Part shown: in pieces, positions 60,034 through 64,000 of the stretch
How the letters are laid out: each line of letters begins with the position of its first letter
Numbering within the stretch: the first letter of the stretch is position 1
Origin: Candidatus Gottesmanbacteria bacterium
GTDB taxonomy: Bacteria > Patescibacteriota > Microgenomatia > UBA10105 > UBA927
NCBI GenBank assembly: GCA_963714095.1
Contig: OY970230.1
Location: 660,084-724,083, forward strand
Direction: 5' to 3'
Length of the DNA stretch: 64,000 bases
Program-made: the position numbers and the translations under genes
The notes under the pieces: generated by a model
Databases searched by the model: none
Told to the model about the DNA's origin: nothing
What the model saw: only the letters and a program-made list of their open reading frames with translations

Positions 60034-60064
60034 ATGCCGCCCCGTAAAAACTACGGGGCGGCAT
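60034..60064. repeat. Perfect 13-bp inverted repeat
   Basis: atgccgccccgta-aaaac-tacggggcggcat; no U tract. Confidence 0.8.
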
Positions 60065-60084
60065 GATAGAATGAAAGGAGAACT

Positions 60085-61431
60085 ATGAAACGAGTTTTGT
60101 CAGGAATTACACCAAGCGGGGACGGAAGCCTGCATATAGGAAATTATTTGGGGGCGGTGAGCCAATTTAAAAAGCTGTCAGAAAATTACGACTGCTTTCT
60201 TTTTGTTGCTGATTTGCATGCCCTGACGACCGTCCAGGATAAAACGCAATTGCAAAAAAACATTGAAGCGCTTGTTTTAAACGAGTTGGCCCTCCTCGGG
60301 GATTTGAAAAATATCACTTTTTTCCGTCAGTCTGATGTGCCGCAGCACACTGAACTGCAATCAATTCTCAATAACGTTACGTCGTTAGGGCTTTTAAAAC
60401 GAGCGCACGCGTACAAAGATAAGCTGCAAAAAGACATAACGGAGGATGATATTAATGTCGGTTTGTTTAGCTATCCTATGCTCATGGCTGCAGACATTCT
60501 TTTGTATAAATCCGATTTGGTACCGGTGGGAAAGGATCAGAAGCAGCATATTGAAATAACCCGGGATGTTGCCGGACGGTTTAACAAAATTTTTAAGAAA
60601 CAGGTATTTAAACTTCCCGATGCATATATCCCTGAGGATGTATCAACTGTTCTTGGAATTGATGGGAAACGGAAAATGAGCAAATCCCTGGGGAATATCA
60701 TCAGCATCTTTGAAAATGAAGACATGATTAAGAAACAAGTGATGAGCGCGTACACGGATCCCACCCGCGGACATGCCACAGATGCGGGACACATTGAAGG
60801 GAACATGGTGTTCACGTACCTCGATTTTTTTGGTGAAAAGGAAAAAGTAGCCAAGTTAAAAGAGCTATATACAAAGGGCCAAGTATCAGATATTGAGGTT
60901 AAAAATTATTTATTTGAATCCTTGATGAAAACATTTAAAAAAGCACGGGAAAGATACGAGGACCTGGCAAGGCATCCGGAAAAAGTAAAGAAAATTTTAG
61001 AAGACGGGGCAGTAAAGGCGAAACTTATTGCAGCTGCAACTATGGGTGAAGTGCGTGAAACAATTGGACTCGTCAACGCATATTCTATTAGTGGCGAATC
61101 ATTAATTATTTCTATCGATGATTTCGTGAAAGTTGAGATGCGTGTGGGAAAAGTGACGGAGGCGAAGAATAAGGAAGGCAGCGATAAGCTTATACGGCTC
61201 GTTGTGGATTTTGGAGAGCAAGGGACACGCGTGATATTTACCGGCGTGCGCGGCTACGGGTATACTCCTGAAGATTTTATGGGTAAACAATTTATGTTTG
61301 TATTTAATCTCGCGCCGCGGAAAATGATGGATGAAGAATCACAAGGAATGATTATGGCAGTTGACGGCTCCGATGAGAAACCTCAATTTATACCCGCAGA
61401 TGGTATGCCGCCAGGCGCGAAAATCCGCTAA
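60085..61431 (+). CDS. trpS: Tryptophan--tRNA ligase with a fused C-terminal tRNA-binding (Trbp111/MetRS-C type OB) domain
   Basis: HIGNY, ADLHA, YPMLMAADIL, VG.DQ.QH and KMSKS; C-term IDDF.KVEMRVG..DKL..NL.PRKM...SQGM. Confidence 0.93.
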   Translation: MKRVLSGITPSGDGSLHIGNYLGAVSQFKKLSENYDCFLFVADLHALTTVQDKTQLQKNIEALVLNELALLGDLKNITFFRQSDVPQHTELQSILNNVTSLGLLKRAHAYKDKLQKDITEDDINVGLFSYPMLMAADILLYKSDLVPVGKDQKQHIEITRDVAGRFNKIFKKQVFKLPDAYIPEDVSTVLGIDGKRKMSKSLGNIISIFENEDMIKKQVMSAYTDPTRGHATDAGHIEGNMVFTYLDFFGEKEKVAKLKELYTKGQVSDIEVKNYLFESLMKTFKKARERYEDLARHPEKVKKILEDGAVKAKLIAAATMGEVRETIGLVNAYSISGESLIISIDDFVKVEMRVGKVTEAKNKEGSDKLIRLVVDFGEQGTRVIFTGVRGYGYTPEDFMGKQFMFVFNLAPRKMMDEESQGMIMAVDGSDEKPQFIPADGMPPGAKIR

Positions 61432-61455
61432 ACGTGCTATACTTGCCAGGTACCT

Positions 61456-63342
61456 ATGGCAGAGAAACCACAACAAAAAGTTCAAAAAAAGAACGGAAAC
61501 GGGAAGAAATCCAAAATCTGGATGTTCCGGTTTCACCTGAACCTCAAAAACATCTTCATCGGACTATTTGCGTTGTTTATCCTTTTGTCACTATTGGGAA
61601 GTATCGGCGGGCAAAATTCTAACGCGCCCGAAAAGCCGCTTTCCACGGTGATTACCGATGTGAAGGCGGGGAGCGTCAGCAGTATTGAGGTTGAGGATAC
61701 CAAGCTGACAGTGTCCTACAAAAACGGCACGAAAGCCGTGGCATATAAGGAAACGCAGGATTCGCTGTATAAAGTGCTTTCCGATGCGGGCGTGGATCCG
61801 AAGAACGTTGCCATTACCGTCAAGGATCAAACTACAAGTCAGCTGTGGATGAATATTCTTTCTAATGTATTACCCCTGGTGTTAACCGTGGTATTTTTTC
61901 TCTTCCTTTTCCGTCAGGCGCGCGGTGCCCAGGACAATATTTTCAGTTTCGGTCAGAGCAAAGCCCGTATTTGGAATAAAGATCTGCCCAAAGTAACATT
62001 TGCGGATGTGGCTGGCGTTGATGAGGCAAAGAAAGAACTGGAGGAGGTCGTTGATTTCTTAAAAAATCCCACGAAATACAAAGCGCTCGGCGCCAGGACT
62101 CCGAAAGGGGTACTGCTTGTTGGGCCCAGCGGAACGGGCAAGACGCTTCTTGCCAAAGCCATGGCAGGGGAGGCGAAGACGTCGTTTTACAGTATCGCAG
62201 GATCGGAGTTTATGGAAATGCTTGTTGGGGTTGGCGCCGCACGTGTGCGTGATTTATTTGCTCAGGCTAAGAAAACCGCACCGGCAATTATTTTTATTGA
62301 TGAAATCGATGCCATCGGACGCATGCGCAGTGTCGGCATTATGGGCGGACATGACGAGCGCGAACAGACCCTCAATCAGATTCTTGTTGAAATGGACGGA
62401 TTTGAACCAAATGTTGCCGTTCTTATCGTAGCTGCGACTAACCGCGGGGATCTGTTGGATCCGGCGCTCCTTCGGCCCGGACGGTTTGACCGGCGCGTGG
62501 TCTTGGACATGCCGGACATTGAAGGACGGAAAGCCATTCTTGCAATTCATGCCAAAGGCAAGCCGTTTGCAGCCGGTGTTGACTGGGATAAAGTAGCCCG
62601 CCGTACGGTCGGTTTTTCTGGGGCAGATTTGGAGAATATGCTTAACGAAGCGGCAATTCAGGCAGCACGCGGGAATAAAAAGGAAATTGACATGGCAGAC
62701 CTTGAAGAGGCTGCAACGAAAGTGAAATTGGGGCCGGAGAAAAAGCGGTTGCAAAGTGATATGGACCGTAAAATGACCGCGTATCATGAGAGCGGACACG
62801 CAGTCGTTTCGTATTTCTCCAAATATACGGATGCGGTGCATAGGATCAGTATTGTGTCCCGTGGAATGGCCTTGGGGTACACGCTTTCGCCACCGGAAAA
62901 GGACCGTCTGCATGAAACGAAATCGCATTTGATTGATGAAATTGCCATGACGATGGGGGGCCGCGCCGCAGAGCAGTTAATTTTTAACGAAATGACATCG
63001 GGTGCTGCCAATGATATCGATCAGGCCACGAGGATTGCTCGGTATATGGTTATGGAGTTTGGTATGTCGGATCTCGGGCCCATCAATTTCGGGCCGCAAA
63101 TGGACGTGACGGAATGGGGGAAGAGTTTGAGTGAGCAGCAGCAAATTTCGCCGGAAATGATGTCGAAAATCGATACCGAAATTCAAAAATTCGTGAATGC
63201 TGGGTACAAAGAAGCCGTCGATATTCTAAAAAAACATCAGACACAGTTGAAGGCAATTGCAGAATTACTTCTCAAGAAAGAAACTGTTGAAGGTGATGAA
63301 TTTGAAGCCCTCATGGGCGGCCCCAAGAAAAAACTCGAATAA
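61456..63342 (+). CDS. ftsH: ATP-dependent zinc metalloprotease FtsH
   Basis: Two TM segments, [25 protein letters not shown] and HESGH. Confidence 0.96.
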   Translation: MAEKPQQKVQKKNGNGKKSKIWMFRFHLNLKNIFIGLFALFILLSLLGSIGGQNSNAPEKPLSTVITDVKAGSVSSIEVEDTKLTVSYKNGTKAVAYKETQDSLYKVLSDAGVDPKNVAITVKDQTTSQLWMNILSNVLPLVLTVVFFLFLFRQARGAQDNIFSFGQSKARIWNKDLPKVTFADVAGVDEAKKELEEVVDFLKNPTKYKALGARTPKGVLLVGPSGTGKTLLAKAMAGEAKTSFYSIAGSEFMEMLVGVGAARVRDLFAQAKKTAPAIIFIDEIDAIGRMRSVGIMGGHDEREQTLNQILVEMDGFEPNVAVLIVAATNRGDLLDPALLRPGRFDRRVVLDMPDIEGRKAILAIHAKGKPFAAGVDWDKVARRTVGFSGADLENMLNEAAIQAARGNKKEIDMADLEEAATKVKLGPEKKRLQSDMDRKMTAYHESGHAVVSYFSKYTDAVHRISIVSRGMALGYTLSPPEKDRLHETKSHLIDEIAMTMGGRAAEQLIFNEMTSGAANDIDQATRIARYMVMEFGMSDLGPINFGPQMDVTEWGKSLSEQQQISPEMMSKIDTEIQKFVNAGYKEAVDILKKHQTQLKAIAELLLKKETVEGDEFEALMGGPKKKLE

Positions 63343-63359
63343 TCTCCTATAATACCTTC

Positions 63360-64000
63360 ATGAACCGATTGGTATTAATCGACGGCAATGCCATATTGCA
63401 CCGCGCGTATCACGCACTGCCGCCCCTCACGGCGCCGGACGGGTCGGTCGTAAACGCCGTATATGGATTCGGTACAATGCTCCTGAGGCTTATTACCGAC
63501 CTTAAACCCACCCATGTAGCCGTTGCATTTGACCGGCCAAAGCCTACGTTCCGGAAAGAATTGTTTGCCGGATATCAGGCCAAGCGGCCGAAAATGGATG
63601 AGGAATTAGTGGATCAGATCCCCAAAGTCCATGCGCTTGTTTCTGGCTTTGGTATTCCGATTTTTGAAAAAGACGGGTTTGAGGCAGATGACGTTATTGG
63701 TACACTCGCTAAAAATGCGAAAAAAGACGGTATAGATCAGGTGATTATCGTAACCGGTGACCGGGATATATTACAATTGGTTGAGGATGAAAAAATACTT
63801 GTCTGGATGCCGACAAAAGGATTATCGGAGGCGAAATTATACGATGAAAAAGCAGTGAAAGAGCGGATGGGGGTGGCACCAAATAAAATTCCGGATTTTA
63901 AAGCGCTTGCCGGCGACCCGTCAGATAATTATCCGGGAATTCCTGGCGTTGGCCCCAAAACCGCAGCGGCACTTTTAGCCAAATATAAAACACTTGCGGG
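63360..64000 (+). CDS. polA: DNA polymerase I 5'-3' exonuclease domain (truncated by the window edge)
   Basis: Hand-translated MNRLVLIDGNAILHRAYHALP, EADDVIGT, TGDRD and GDPSDNYPGIPGVGPKTA. Could be a stand-alone exonuclease. Confidence 0.85.
   Translation, partial: MNRLVLIDGNAILHRAYHALPPLTAPDGSVVNAVYGFGTMLLRLITDLKPTHVAVAFDRPKPTFRKELFAGYQAKRPKMDEELVDQIPKVHALVSGFGIPIFEKDGFEADDVIGTLAKNAKKDGIDQVIIVTGDRDILQLVEDEKILVWMPTKGLSEAKLYDEKAVKERMGVAPNKIPDFKALAGDPSDNYPGIPGVGPKTAAALLAKYKTLA

Overview
Bacterial chromosome segment using genetic code 11. The gene style (DUF4012, DUF5652 and DUF5659-like genes, a short ValRS, many leaderless-type promoters) suggests a Patescibacteria/CPR (Microgenomates-like) genome; this is inference. 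Layout: (1) 1-12.2 kb, a surface-glycan locus with an apparent sulfation module (sulfotransferase, nucleotidyltransferase-APS kinase fusion, SsuABC-like importer); (2) 12.3-20.8 kb, secreted Pro/Thr-rich proteins, an HTH-NB-ARC-TPR protein, a macrodomain and an isochorismatase; (3) 20.8-38.8 kb, housekeeping genes (rpmH-rnpA-yidD-yidC-jag, rnhA, rplY, nth, epmA-efp, valS, Xer-type recombinase); (4) 38.9-57.5 kb, an island anchored in an atypical CAT-anticodon tRNA, with a large serine recombinase and three att-like repeats that divide it into modules; (5) 58.2-61.4 kb, a candidate Trp T-box riboswitch directly upstream of tRNA-Trp, trpB2 and a TrpRS fused to a tRNA-binding domain; (6) ftsH and the start of polA. 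The most striking candidates are the T-box that would control the gene for its own tRNA ligand, the tRNA-anchored serine-recombinase module array, and a putative minimal PAPS synthase. All RNA structures were read by eye and are not computationally confirmed.
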